Positions 12,035-25,502 of a stretch of 64,000 nt of DNA are shown piece by piece. The position numbers and the translations under genes were made by a program. Position 1 is the first letter of the stretch. Each line of letters begins with the position of its first letter. Source of the stretch: Parasitella parasitica NRRL 2501 (lineage: Eukaryota > Fungi > Mucoromycota); the NCBI GenBank assembly GCA_025201805.1, contig MU619284.1, forward strand, positions 22,484 to 86,483, given 5' to 3'. The notes under the pieces are model-generated. The model did no database searches and was not told the DNA's origin. It saw nothing but the letters and a program-made list of their open reading frames with translations.

Positions 12035-12487
12035 TTATTGATAAAGAATGTTGATTATAAAAGCGGCAGTTCCAGCCAATGTTCTGAAATATTGCAATTG
12101 ATTCCATTTCGTAATGTGGGTTTCTACCTTTTTGCGGTCATAGTTATCACCCTCCTTCTCCATAGCAAACAACCGATTGTTGACAGGTCTCATGAAAAAG
12201 ACTGTGAAAGGGAAACTGAGGAATGACAGAGCGGTAGAGTAGACAAATCGGGTGTCTTTGGTTCTATTGTAGCACACGGCATTGGCAGCTGTACTCACAA
12301 AGATGCTTGCAATAGCTATTACAGACGTCTTTTTGTATACCTGATAAAAGACGGGTAAAGGGTCTTTGGACGACTTGATCGCGGGAACACAGACACAGTT
12401 CATGCAAATGCCAATACCAGTAAAGACACCGTTGGCCAAGAGACCAATAGATCGAGGAGCATAAATTAAAGTGGCTAAAGACGACAT
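12035..12487 (-). CDS. DUF1772 (anthrone oxygenase-like) membrane protein
   Basis: 150 aa with four hydrophobic segments; PFTVFFMRPVNNRL and KWNQLQYFRT motifs. Confidence 0.75.
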   Translation of the reverse strand: MSSLATLIYAPRSIGLLANGVFTGIGICMNCVCVPAIKSSKDPLPVFYQVYKKTSVIAIASIFVSTAANAVCYNRTKDTRFVYSTALSFLSFPFTVFFMRPVNNRLFAMEKEGDNYDRKKVETHITKWNQLQYFRTLAGTAAFIINILYQ

Positions 12488-13599
12488 GCGAGTAGTTGAT
12501 ATTTCAATAGGAAAGAAGAAATAAAGTATCGTTTTATTGCCATTTTCGAATGTTTATAATGCAAAACCCAAGCGGCAGCCTTATTTATCCGATACCGTCC
12601 ATGCTCTTTGAAACCAAAACTTGATCAACAGAATATCCCTTTGATGCTAAACAAACATGTCATGGAACATAAATTCTGCCTCTGGTTGCTTTTCGACAGA
12701 CTCATGATTTCCCTCTCCTCCATAAAGCTGACATTAACCACACAAACAAACACACAATAACAAAGTATAAATAGGCACTGCTACTGTGCTTCCACTCTCA
12801 ATTTACCGACTTTTTGAAAACACTGTCCGCTTTTTTTTTTTTGAGAAAGATTGGGGCTAATTTGCCAAACTTTTGAATATAGATTGACCACCTTTCACAT
12901 ATAGGTTGAACAACTTCCGATCAAAAATCAAAATGGGTTTCAAGTTCTTTATTGAAAAATTCAAGAAACATCTGCTGAATGCTGGAAAAAATTGACAACA
13001 CAAAAATCGGAGAGCAAAAGAATACACCCCCCGTTATTCAGCACATAGTAAGAGGCCTTCAAAAAATCACAACCCAACATTACTATCGCTGTAAAGGACT
13101 ACCGCAATGAAGTGGCATTCAGTCAGAACCACCTTACTGAAGCCAAAAGCAGTATATAAATACACCTTCATTACAATCCACAGCGAAAAGCTACGGATTC
13201 CCATAGCGCCATGTTGGGAGTAGGCGTTTGCATCCTTTTTGCTAGTTGATCAAAAGCCTAGTCAAAGCAATATCTACAGTACAACATGTTAGAAAGAATG
13301 CAATAGTTTTTCTTTTTTGTAATGTGCTACTAACCTTCAGTATGCTACATGAATCCAAAGAGCAAAAGAATACTTTGTTTATATGTCCCCCAACCACCCA
13401 GGTAAGAGGTGTTTGTAATTGAGAAACTGCTCAGGCGAAAACTTGGGTTGTTTATTAATATGAAATAAAAGAATTAATAAAGCAAATGCTATATATTGCA
13501 TTCGATCTTTTGATCATTATTGCAAGCATTGTGAAAGAAAAAAAGATATCTCAGATCACTAATGACATCTATAATTGGCATGATGGTGGATGGGATACA

Positions 13600-14870
13600 C
13601 ATGGCTATTAGGGAAGATCAATGACAATATGGATGCGCTCGCATCGTGCATAGAAAAAGATTGTAGCAGTGGAGGGACAAACAGAGGGAGCAAATCACAA
13701 CGGTTCACCACAGAGCAGGAAAGACATTGGACGCCTGTTAGGCTGGGGACAGGGTGGGACACTCATGAAGATGGCGGCGAGAGGTGTGATCGGTGTTGCA
13801 GATGCAAGGTCGAGGCTTACCGGGAAGCCAACCCATACGGTAGCGAACAAGTCGGCTACGGCAGGGTCTACTGGCAGGCACATACATGACAGGGTCAATG
13901 CCAATGGTAGGAAGACAGGCACGGATCAAGACCTTGTCAGTCTTCTCCAGGAACTCGGAATGCCAGTCTTGTTGTTGCCCGAAAAACCATTTTTTCAATA
14001 AGCCTTTATTTGCCACGGGAACTTTGTCCAAAGCGCGAGTTGCCATCTTTTGGCTTTTTCAACTGGTGCAAAGAAGAATTCGAGAGCGAAGCAGACAGCA
14101 GAGAGATCAGGCCATCCTCAAGCAGGAACTGGGAGCGCAAAAAATACTGCGACACGAGTATCGCAACTCGTTGCTTCATCAACAGCAGATTTGTCAGATG
14201 CCGGAACACCCCAGCGGTATCCAAGCTTCAAAGAATGAGATTCAGCAAGCTCAAGCATATGTTTAACCCCACGAGCTGATCCGATAATAGCAACATCATC
14301 AGCATACAATAAAGAGTTGATGGGAATGCTATTAGGGGACCCAGCAGGGAGAAGTGACTAAAGTGAAGACGGAGCAGAAGCAGCAGAGGTGGACAAAATC
14401 CTCGTGGTTGTGGCAGTGGCAGCTAGGCGCAACATCGCAGGCAACGAATTGATGAAAATACTGAAGAGATGTGGACTCAAACTGGATCCTTGAAGCAATC
14501 CGGTGCCAAGGGAAAGTTCATCGGATACGCAGTTTTGGTTCAGAACCGAGATCGACACATCATCAAACAGATTGGAGAGCAAAGAAGCAACTGGTATTGG
14601 AGCATTGGCCGATAGCATGGACTGCCAGATCACACGCCTATCGACAACGTCGTACGCACTTTTAATGTCCAAAAAACATACCGTGGGCCAGTGGTAATGC
14701 TGACGTTGGTAGTCTTTCATCAAATTCTGCAAGCTAAGGGCACTGTCAAGGGTACTTCTTGAAGTTCGGAATCCATTTTGAGCTACGTCAATTGCAGGAG
14801 AAGTGTCAAGAACAAAGGGAGCAAGGCACAATTCAAAGAGTTTGAGAAACTGCTTACGTATCACACTGTA
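13600..14870 (-). mobile_element. Decayed non-LTR retrotransposon (LINE) reverse transcriptase fragment
   Basis: Motifs QNGFR, FLDIKSAYD, GLLQGSSLSPHLF, YADD and C-terminal RMGWLPG.PRPC.C....SRRHL.EC. In-frame stop at 14358, internal deletion after LGYRW, and frameshifts. Confidence 0.9.
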
Positions 14871-14986
14871 ACTGTATAATGTTGTAGGGCAGTGATGAGG
14901 TGACGCACACAAACTCCATTCAGCATTTTAAAATTCTAATTACTCAAGACTGACCTTCTCTTCTTTGCAAAAATATATATTACCTA

Positions 14987-16684
14987 TGGATTTGAATGCT
15001 GCGGAACACATCTAGAAACACTATTCCAGTTTTAGTGGTCTTCGATTTTCTTCGATTTTCTCGTGTTTTAAATTTACAAAGTTTACAAGATGCCAAAAGA
15101 GAATTTAACAATGCAATTCAGTCGATTACAAACCGTTCTCTAAAAGCCAAAAAAAAGGGACAAGGATTTGATTCTATGGGCAAGGCGCGTGAAAAAGCAA
15201 AATTTGAATGTAGGAATGAAGCTTTCAATAGTTTGAATATGATTTCAAGTATTTTTTTTCTTTTTTTTTTTTTTTAGAAGGTTTTAATGATCAAGCTATC
15301 AAAATTCACTTTTACTCGATCCACCGTCGCGCTCTATTGTATTGTAAGAAACTTCTTGATGTTTCAGACGAGGTAGAATTCACCAATGAACAACTTACTG
15401 AAAATCAAAGAATTCATGAAGAGGCTACTGAGGAAAACCTCGAAAAGACCGATGATGGTATCACTGAAACTGACGCACCAAACGGGCAAATTGACGCTGA
15501 ACAAACCCAAAATCTTTTGAATGAAGGCGATTTCAAGATGAATTTTGAAAGGAGCTTCAACAAAATGAGAGCTGAAGAAAAATGGTACCTTTCAAATGGT
15601 AAATGTGTGGAGGACGAACTTTTCGCCTTTGGCATGCAGTGCAATGAAGAGCACCCTTGTCACTCGTTCATTGTCGATCCGACTGATATTAATTATAAAA
15701 CATATCGAGTATTCAATGATGATGAATTGAAGGAAATCAGGTCGTTTAAAGAGAAGGAGCTGCCCACTATGCCCACCATACTACGTGATTATTTAAATGA
15801 GTACAATCTCTCCACCGCAAGTGCTCTACGTCAAAAAATATTCACACAGGAGCCATTAGATGAACTATATTCTCAAGGTATGAATTGGATAAGATTTACA
15901 ATCTATTCTTTTGTAAGAGAATTCGAATGCGAAAGTTTTAAGCGTTCACACAGTGAAGAATGGTACAAAGCACACGTGTGGCATTTATTAGACACAGTAT
16001 TCAACAATGCAAGTGATATAGAGGTACTAAGGTAAGCTACATTAAATTTCTTTTATTCAGTTTTACAAAGGATTGGCTCCGCTTGTTTTAGAGGTGAGAA
16101 AGCAAGTTTTTCATCTAGCAAGAGAAAGAACAAGGACAGGTTTATTGGGGCCATTGACCCGCTAGTATCGATATGATATTTCGCAAGTTAGTATGCAACC
16201 ACGACGATATCCTCGAATTTGGAGCAACAGAAACTGGCAAAGATTACGATGGTGACGATGCAACGAAAAACTCATTGAAGGATGTATCAAACTGCCAAAA
16301 TGTCTAAAAGACATGCTCGACAATCTGGCAATGAACTTTCGAGCAATAGGTGACATTGAAGTTGTTGATTTCATACACTCGGGATTACAATCTTGCCTTC
16401 TCAGAGCAACAAGAATAACAAGATCCCGTTCCGTTCATATTAGCAGCGACATATCCAACTTCGGTACCACTGTATTACCATCCATGCACTCTGCTTGGCT
16501 CGCCAGAGAAATTTTCACGAGAGTCTTACTTTCGTTACCTACCTCACCCGCTGCTGCCAGGAATGCTGATTCAAGTTGGCTGGAAACATATTGGACGCCT
16601 TCTGAACCATCTGCCATGCCCGAGACTAGCACTAGCTTTGGCACTGTTAATAGGAGCAACAAAAAAATCAAAAACATGCATTAA
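14987..16684 (+). pseudogene. Frameshifted gene for a putative PD-(D/E)xK (restriction-endonuclease-like) domain protein
   Basis: Spliced reading gives HSEEWYKAHVW, RGEKASFSSSKRKN, IDMIFR, EFGATETGK and KLPKCLKDML. Frameshifts near 16165 and 16270. Intron at about 16032-16090. Confidence 0.6.
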
Positions 16685-17101
16685 ATAGTTGTAGATGTAA
16701 GTGAAACAATACCTATGTGAATAACAAAATGGAAAAGTAAAGTATATAGTGCTCTCTCATAAATAAATAACAAAGTAAAAGAATAAAATAAAAGATCCTG
16801 AATGCTTTTCTACTAATATGCATTTTCGTGATTTCTAAAAGAGTTATTTATTTTTACGTCTTCATAAGAGGCACTCGTTTTTGTGGATAATACCTTGTTA
16901 CTATAAGAAATCGAATTTTTGGTCAACCTGCATGTGGAAGCTAGTAAATCTTATTCAAAAAGTTAGGCAAATCAGCTTCAGACATCTCGGCAAATTAGCC
17001 TAAAAAAAGTGGGCAGTGTTTTCAAAAAAAATTGGTAAATTCCGGGTGGAAGCACAGTATCCTTTTTGCCTGTCTTCTTTTTGGCATTATTCGAGCAAAT
17101 C

Positions 17102-17480
17102 ATGCTGAGTCCATCAGACTTACAGGACATCCGAGGTTTGTTGTATTTCATACGAGACATAGCAACGCATTACTTACTAATCACCAGCCTATCAAAGAAC
17201 ATTTGAAGGCGCGTATTGGAGAACAGCACTTTCTGCGTTTTTGATGGGTCTTTTGATTTTAAAGGTGTTTACCATTGAATTCTATCATATATCACTCGTG
17301 TTTTTTTCTTTTGGCATGTGGATGCTGTCTATTGCCTATATGCGACATCGACAGTTTGATCGTGCATTGGATCCCAATATTCCATTCAAGACAAGCAGCG
17401 ACATGGTAATGTTGAGTTTCGCATCCAGTCTAGTAGCTTTTGTAGTCTTGTTTCTTTTGATCTTGCAGCTGGATCCATGA
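17102..17480 (+). CDS. DUF202-family small membrane protein
   Basis: Two exons (intron ~17136-17187): MLSPSDLQDIRAYQRTFEGAYWRTALSAF followed by three hydrophobic segments. Confidence 0.75.
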
Positions 17481-17598
17481 ATCACTATTGATCATGTGTG
17501 CTCTGTATGGTCACTACTACCTGACCGTGACACGTTTAGCCAATAAATTTCGTTTCTCTCACCCCTATTCTCTTTCTCTTCTTGCAACTTTTGTGGAC

Positions 17599-19508
<1,910 letters not shown>

Positions 19509-20556
19509 GAATTGAATAAAAAAGCACAATCCAAAATGCCTCCGTTTTGTATCCAGCAATCCTTTGGGTTATAAACTGGATCGACTTGGACAGCATCGAA
19601 TTCGATGTGGATGTCTCGACATGTTTTCTGTGTAAAGAGATTTCACTTGATTTAAAAACAAAATCAAAAGAAAAGGGAATTTCTATGAGTAATTAACCCA
19701 TGAAGATCTTTCGCACAAAAGCAGCTTGTCCATAATCCATGATCATGCAGAGTTCATTATTACCACTTTTTTGTTTTAAAAGTTCAATACAGTACCGTAT
19801 CAGATGGACTGTTGGAGAATGATCGATAGAAAGCATTTCTAAACAAATTCGACGGGAAAAACAACAGGTTGTTTGCTGAAATATTCATCTCCTCCACCTT
19901 GCAGCAAATTTTGTTGGGCCCTTTATGGCTTATCAGTCTCTCTCGTCTTCGGCAAACGTTGTCAAATTATCCTTCACTGGTTTACCTCNNNNNNNNNNNN
20001 NNNNNNNNNNNNNNNNNNNNNNNNNNNNNNNNNNNNNNNNNNNATGGCTCTAGCCTATTGATTTTAGCCAGAGTACGCATACATCAGATTTCAATAGACG
20101 CGACAAATGTGTTTTACAACTTTACTTGGGAACTTGGATATGGTGTACTTGCAGAATTTGGTACTCGCTATAGGCCCATTTGCTGCAAAATTCGCAAAAT
20201 CCTTGTTTTGGCAATATCTCGACAACATACATGGATAACAAAAAAAAAAAAAAAGGACGACGTAGTGAATCACAGCTAAAGTAACAGTAATAGGATGTAT
20301 AGGACCACAAATGATTGATACGTGCCTATTACTGCAGTAATTTGGAGCCATCGTCCCAAGAAGAACTAACACCATGTAGTACAGATGACCACTTGTAGCT
20401 CACGTACATTTATTATTCGTGAAGAAGAAAAAAAAATATTTTTAACGTTATCAAGCTTTATCAGCTTCTTGTCCACTTGGTTTTTATACGGTATTGAACG
20501 CTGTGAAAAGAATAGAAACGCAAACTCTCGAGACAAAATTCAGACATCTCTGCGGA

Positions 20557-22800
20557 ATGCCTTACAGAAATAATCGTCGAAAACTGTGGGGCCCTCGCTA
20601 TTTAGGAAATACGGGATACTGTTGCTGCAATTTTCCATACAGTACCAACCCTAATGCCAACCAAAGATACAAGTCAAAATTGAAAAAAGCAGAGAAAATT
20701 GATGCGGCAAGAAGTAATGCTACTTTTGCATCGACTTCTTCCGCCAATGCTGCTAGTTTTGCGCCTAACTGCTCGTCATCCATGGCTGATGTCAATGAAG
20801 TAGCCACCACCATTCAAGATGACTATTTTGATATCAACGACAACATAGACCACATAAATGAAAGAAATCAAAAAGAAGGCCTATATTGCTCATGAAGCGT
20901 GGAATGCATACAAAGATGTCTTGCACAACTTGTATTTCAAAGCAATGAGGGCTGATCCGAAAGACTTTAGATGGGCTGTGTAATGCTGAATGCATTGACA
21001 CTATGACCCAAAAAGCTGCTCGTGTGTTTTTTCAGCATGGTATAGTAATACAGGATTTGTAGCCATGCCTCTAATGCAAAATCTAAGACTAATCACATTT
21101 CATACATAGTGCACGTACCTCAAACATTTGTGTACTGCTGGAAACACTCCTCGTCAGCGGAAGAAATGATGCTGCAACATATACTGCCTACAAGCCCCTC
21201 AAAACCCAAATCTGGAGTCTCTTTTACTCTTTTAAAAGAAATTAGAAACTTCATTCCTGTTGCATCATGGGTAGAATACTTGAACGAAAGTAATTCAGCT
21301 CCTAAAAATGTATGTATTTTTTTTTTTTTTTTTTTTTNNNNNNNNNNGTTGCTCATGAACAATATACTATTTAGATGAGGAATTAACCAGTCCATATTGG
21401 GAGACATTCTTTTTGAATATACCCGCTTGATCCTTTACTGTGAGGAGTACGTTAATGACACTTTCCAATTGGATTTTGCTCCAAGATGCGGTGCTTGCCA
21501 AGTATGTTAACTACTTTGAATTGAATATCCTGAATGATATTAATTTTATATATTCGAAAAAAAGGGGGCTGATCGCCTCAAGATTTCAATGGACGAGAAT
21601 TTCACCCTTAAAAAATTTAAAACGAGAGGCCAGGACGTCCACACATACCCTTTAATAGAAGAAGATCAACTTTGGCCTGATCCCATTGAAATTCTCAGCA
21701 AATACGAAGGCGATAAGATGCCCGAAAAAGATTTGGTTATCATAATAATTGCCTTTGACGTGCCTATATTATTGTGCCCATTTAACTCGATGTTAGTGTG
21801 TTTCCCAGGTTTTGGAAAAAAATAGATTCCAAGCCGGAAATGACACTAGAAAATCTTCCAACTCGCCAGATGATGTACCAGGTGTTTTTATGGGTGCCTG
21901 TGCTCGCCATGCTTTACCAAAAGTTTTTTTCGATATCGACCAAGGCGAAAAGTAATGCACAAAATTCAGAATTAAATACGCATTAAGGGCAATCCAAGTT
22001 CTTCTAAAGCGATATGGCAAAAATAAAAATCTGGATATCATGTATGATATTTGTTGTAAATTGAGACCATCTATAGCAGCCGGTTTGTTGTTTTGCTTTT
22101 CTGATCTGTTACCCTACATACTAACTTGGAAATTGATTGATATGGATTCTTGAAAGCGCCAGTAATTTCAAATGTGCTGTAATGCTTTCTACACATCTGC
22201 TCATATTTGGGGTCGAAAAATTTTGGTCATATGCAAGTAGTTACATACCTCAAGACCCATGAAAACTTCCTCACGAAAGCAGCTATTTTTCGAAGCTTCT
22301 CGTTGCTATATACCAACTAAAAATTAAAAATTAAAATAAAAGAGACGAGTAAAATTGACGAAAACAGGACTCATCGAGCTGTTCATTATTGATGTAATTT
22401 CATTACAGAAAAGTTTTTGGTTCGCAAATAGGCAATTATTACTGAGCAATTTGAGAGCTTGACATCAACAATAGCACTACATTAGATTCTCACGACACAG
22501 TAGCAGCGTATGTAAAGCTTCGAGGCGACATTACAAACTTTTTGTTTGATATGTCCCTTCGCAGAAAGCAATAAAAACAAAGTGGGCCAATTACGCCATG
22601 CGATCAAGCCATCAATTCTACAAGGAAACAGGCTGATCCACTGTTTAGACGACATTTGTGTATTTTCAAGAGCTAAAGATTTTGAGACAGATCAAGTTGT
22701 CCTTGAATATACTTCGCTGCACAACAAGTTTAAGCACAGTTTACAAGCGTCAATTCCTGTACATGCCAATAGTAAAAGGTATGGATTAAAAATGGAATAA
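20557..22800 (+). mobile_element. Decayed KDZ (Kyakuja-Dileera-Zisupton) transposase
   Basis: Motifs spread across frames: P.SP.KPKSGVSF.LL, MDENF.LK (DGNF-like), GVFMGACARH, GEK and DIMYDICCKL. Many stops and frameshifts; ends not defined. Confidence 0.8.
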
Positions 22801-23149
22801 AATCGCTTCAATTTTCGCAGAGCTTTGCTTATTACATCGCTAACGATTGCTTCGTACCATCTATTCATCAATTAGTTGCTAATTCTTATTAGAGTAACAC
22901 ACGTAGCTTTTTGACAAATATTGATAAAGTTATATTCAGCTTCTCATTTCCGTGACTAACACCTATACGGCAAGTTCGTCAGTTTTCAAGTAAATCGAGC
23001 AGATATAGCCTTACAGGAGCTCTGTCCCTTTCAAAACATTTACAACTATAAGAGTTTAGGAACATTAAAACCATTTCAGAAAACCATCAAGCAAAAGACA
23101 AACTAAATGTTATAGCATAATTCAAAATGTCATAATACCTCTTAATTAA

Positions 23150-23922
23150 CACAAATTAGATGACGAATTAATACAGATGTCTCTAGATGTTTGGTGCCTG
23201 AATCAGACTTTGTCTGCAACGCAGTCATTGTAGCTGTAGTTCAGTTGATAAAGCTAATTTGTTGAGCATCAGCAACGATACGCATAAATTCATTCAGTTG
23301 ACACGCATGTTATTATTAACTGCATTGTCTTGAGACGTATAAAAGCTCCTATCAGTACGACTTGAATCCAGATTCAAGGTGGCCGATGCCAATAATGATG
23401 GCCGTAAAATGTCTTGGTTGCCATGACAACGACATGGACGCAAGATCGCTTGCATTTAGAACAAAAAGATATCCCTCCTTTCCTGCCTCGTCCCTCGCTT
23501 TATTGATTGAATAGCAAATACTATAATTTTTGCTGGTATTGTCTGATCTTTTGCCATACAAATGGTTCCAATTTCGCATCCGCAGGTTTACTCAAATCCA
23601 AGTTATCCCAAATCCGCTTATAGGCCGCCAAAACTTCTTTAACTGATAATTTGGAAATGTCAATCAAATTTCCGTCATTTTGTTGCTCTTCCTGTTGTAG
23701 CACTAATTCTTTGAAAAAGATTGGCATTCTTGCGTCCTTTTTATACAATATATGCCTACCATTTGATACTTCATGTAACCGTATAGCCTTTTCAGGAGGT
23801 GTTATCGAATCCTCTTGTTCTAATGTTCGAATTCGTTTTCTAGAGAAAGAAGACTGTTGCAGCTCTGTAGGGTTCCATAGTGCCAATTGCTCATCATCTA
23901 TTGGTATTTGATAAGCTGTCAT
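23150..23922 (-). pseudogene. Decayed ORF, possibly a Ulp1/C48-like protease relic beside the KDZ transposase
   Basis: Frameshifted ORFs 23521-23922 and 23352-23579 with YLFVLN...RHFTAIII. A downstream LQTKSDSG resembles the Q-x-x-x-x-DCG motif. Confidence 0.3.
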
Positions 23923-24076
23923 TGCTTATAACGTTTGAGGGTATATTTGAGTGTAAAAATGCAAATATGTTTATTATGTACAAGAATGAAAAGGAAAGGG
24001 AAAGGGAAAGGAAAAAATGGATCGTGAAAAGCGGTTATCTAGTTCTATTTGTTCTCCGGCTTTCCTGGTGTGAATT

Positions 24077-24870
24077 CTAGCAGTGCTCTTCCTCAAACCA
24101 ATACTTGACTAATGGCATCAATTGATCTCCAAGCTGCTGAGCAGTTGCCTATAAAACAGCTATTATTAGTTTTTAAGGAGAGCGAATCAATAAGGAGAAT
24201 ACTTTACCTCGAATGAAGTACAAATGCTTTCATTTAGCAAAGATTTCTTCAGCAATTGCATGTTTTTGAGGATGGCTGCGTCAGTAAAATGAGCAGATAC
24301 GAATATGACCAAACACAAATCATTCTCGTATGAAGTGGAGTCTGTAACATGGTTGCACATGTTGTTCCATATCACTAATTTCATGCTGCTTAATCCAACG
24401 ATAGTGAATGGAGACGACGAGCCTTGGCTTGTTTGCTCTCTTTCGTCTTCGAAATCTGTATATTCGTCCTCTTCCTCTGCTGGTATTTCTTCTTCTCGAG
24501 GCGGTTCGGCAAATGGCAAATCGTTCACTACAGTGAATAGCGATTGCAACACACCTACAAACATAGGCAATCTTTCTTGCAATACGCTCGATAATGGTGC
24601 TAGGAATTGGACGATTTCTGACTCTGGAGCAAATTCACTAATAAGCGCCTTTTGTGAGTATAAACAAAGAGAAGGCAGTGGAAATAGCTGGGATTCTGTT
24701 GTTGTAACTGTTTGGTTACTTGAGGTTGAAAACGACGAAAACGAAGACGAGGGCTCTGCTGGTCGATGTTTAGCGTTATTTGACGGTGTCGTTATTGTGC
24801 TCGATATGGACATAAATGAATTAAAAGATGGTATTGCAGAGCAAGAAGCTGCTTTTTGATGATAACCCAT
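24077..24870 (-). CDS. Hypothetical protein, possibly longin-like fold
   Basis: 227-aa ORF plus a short final exon (ATAQQLGDQLMPLVKYWFEEEHC*) after a GT-AG intron; poly-A start context. Confidence 0.6.
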
Positions 24871-24899
24871 GGCTTCTTTGTTAGGAAAAAAAAAAATAG

Positions 24900-24933
<34 letters not shown>

Positions 24934-25411
24934 AAATTAAAAAGGCAACATTTATAATTTAATTTACAAATGTGTCATAAATAACCTCTTATTTATAGCT
25001 CAATTTACGTCATATAAACAAACTGTTTCTTTGCATCAATATCTATCGCAGGTGATCCTTATCTGAAATGTATTTAGATAACCTCATGTCTTAATATTCT
25101 TGATGAAAATATACTTTTTTCTTCAGACGGTGATATTGAAACGACATTCAATGATAATCTCCTTCATTGCGATTGGATCTCGTTCTTTGCAGTCGCTCTT
25201 GATTCTGTGCCTTTTAGGGCTGATTGTTATGTAGTTATAAATGCACTCCATATCAGTGTCGTTCATTGAACACAAGATAAATCAAATGAGCCATCAATGT
25301 ACGTAACCAGAATTCAAATGATTACGTTTTTATATACGATAAAACAACGATTTAAATGCTTCAAGATTAAGTTTATTACCTCCATTTGACACCATTCTTC
25401 TGTTCTTTGAT

Positions 25412-25455
25412 CTAAACGGCATTTGGACACAAAATATCGCTATGANNNNNNNNNN

Positions 25456-25502
<47 letters not shown>

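Larger units (their letters stand above)
12784..17057. mobile_element. TIR-bounded element with ~140-bp imperfect inverted termini and TA on both flanks
   Basis: Left end TA|ctgtgcttccactctcaatttaccgactttttgaaaacactg. Right end, reverse-complemented, TA|ctgtgcttccacccggaatttaccaatttttttgaaaacactg. Similarity continues to about 12920 and 16910. Confidence 0.75.

Noticed and set aside
17057-17066. GTATCCTTTT, resembling a U12 intron donor
   Set aside because: It is formed by the TIR end plus the TA flank, outside any coding region, with no U12 branch site seen.
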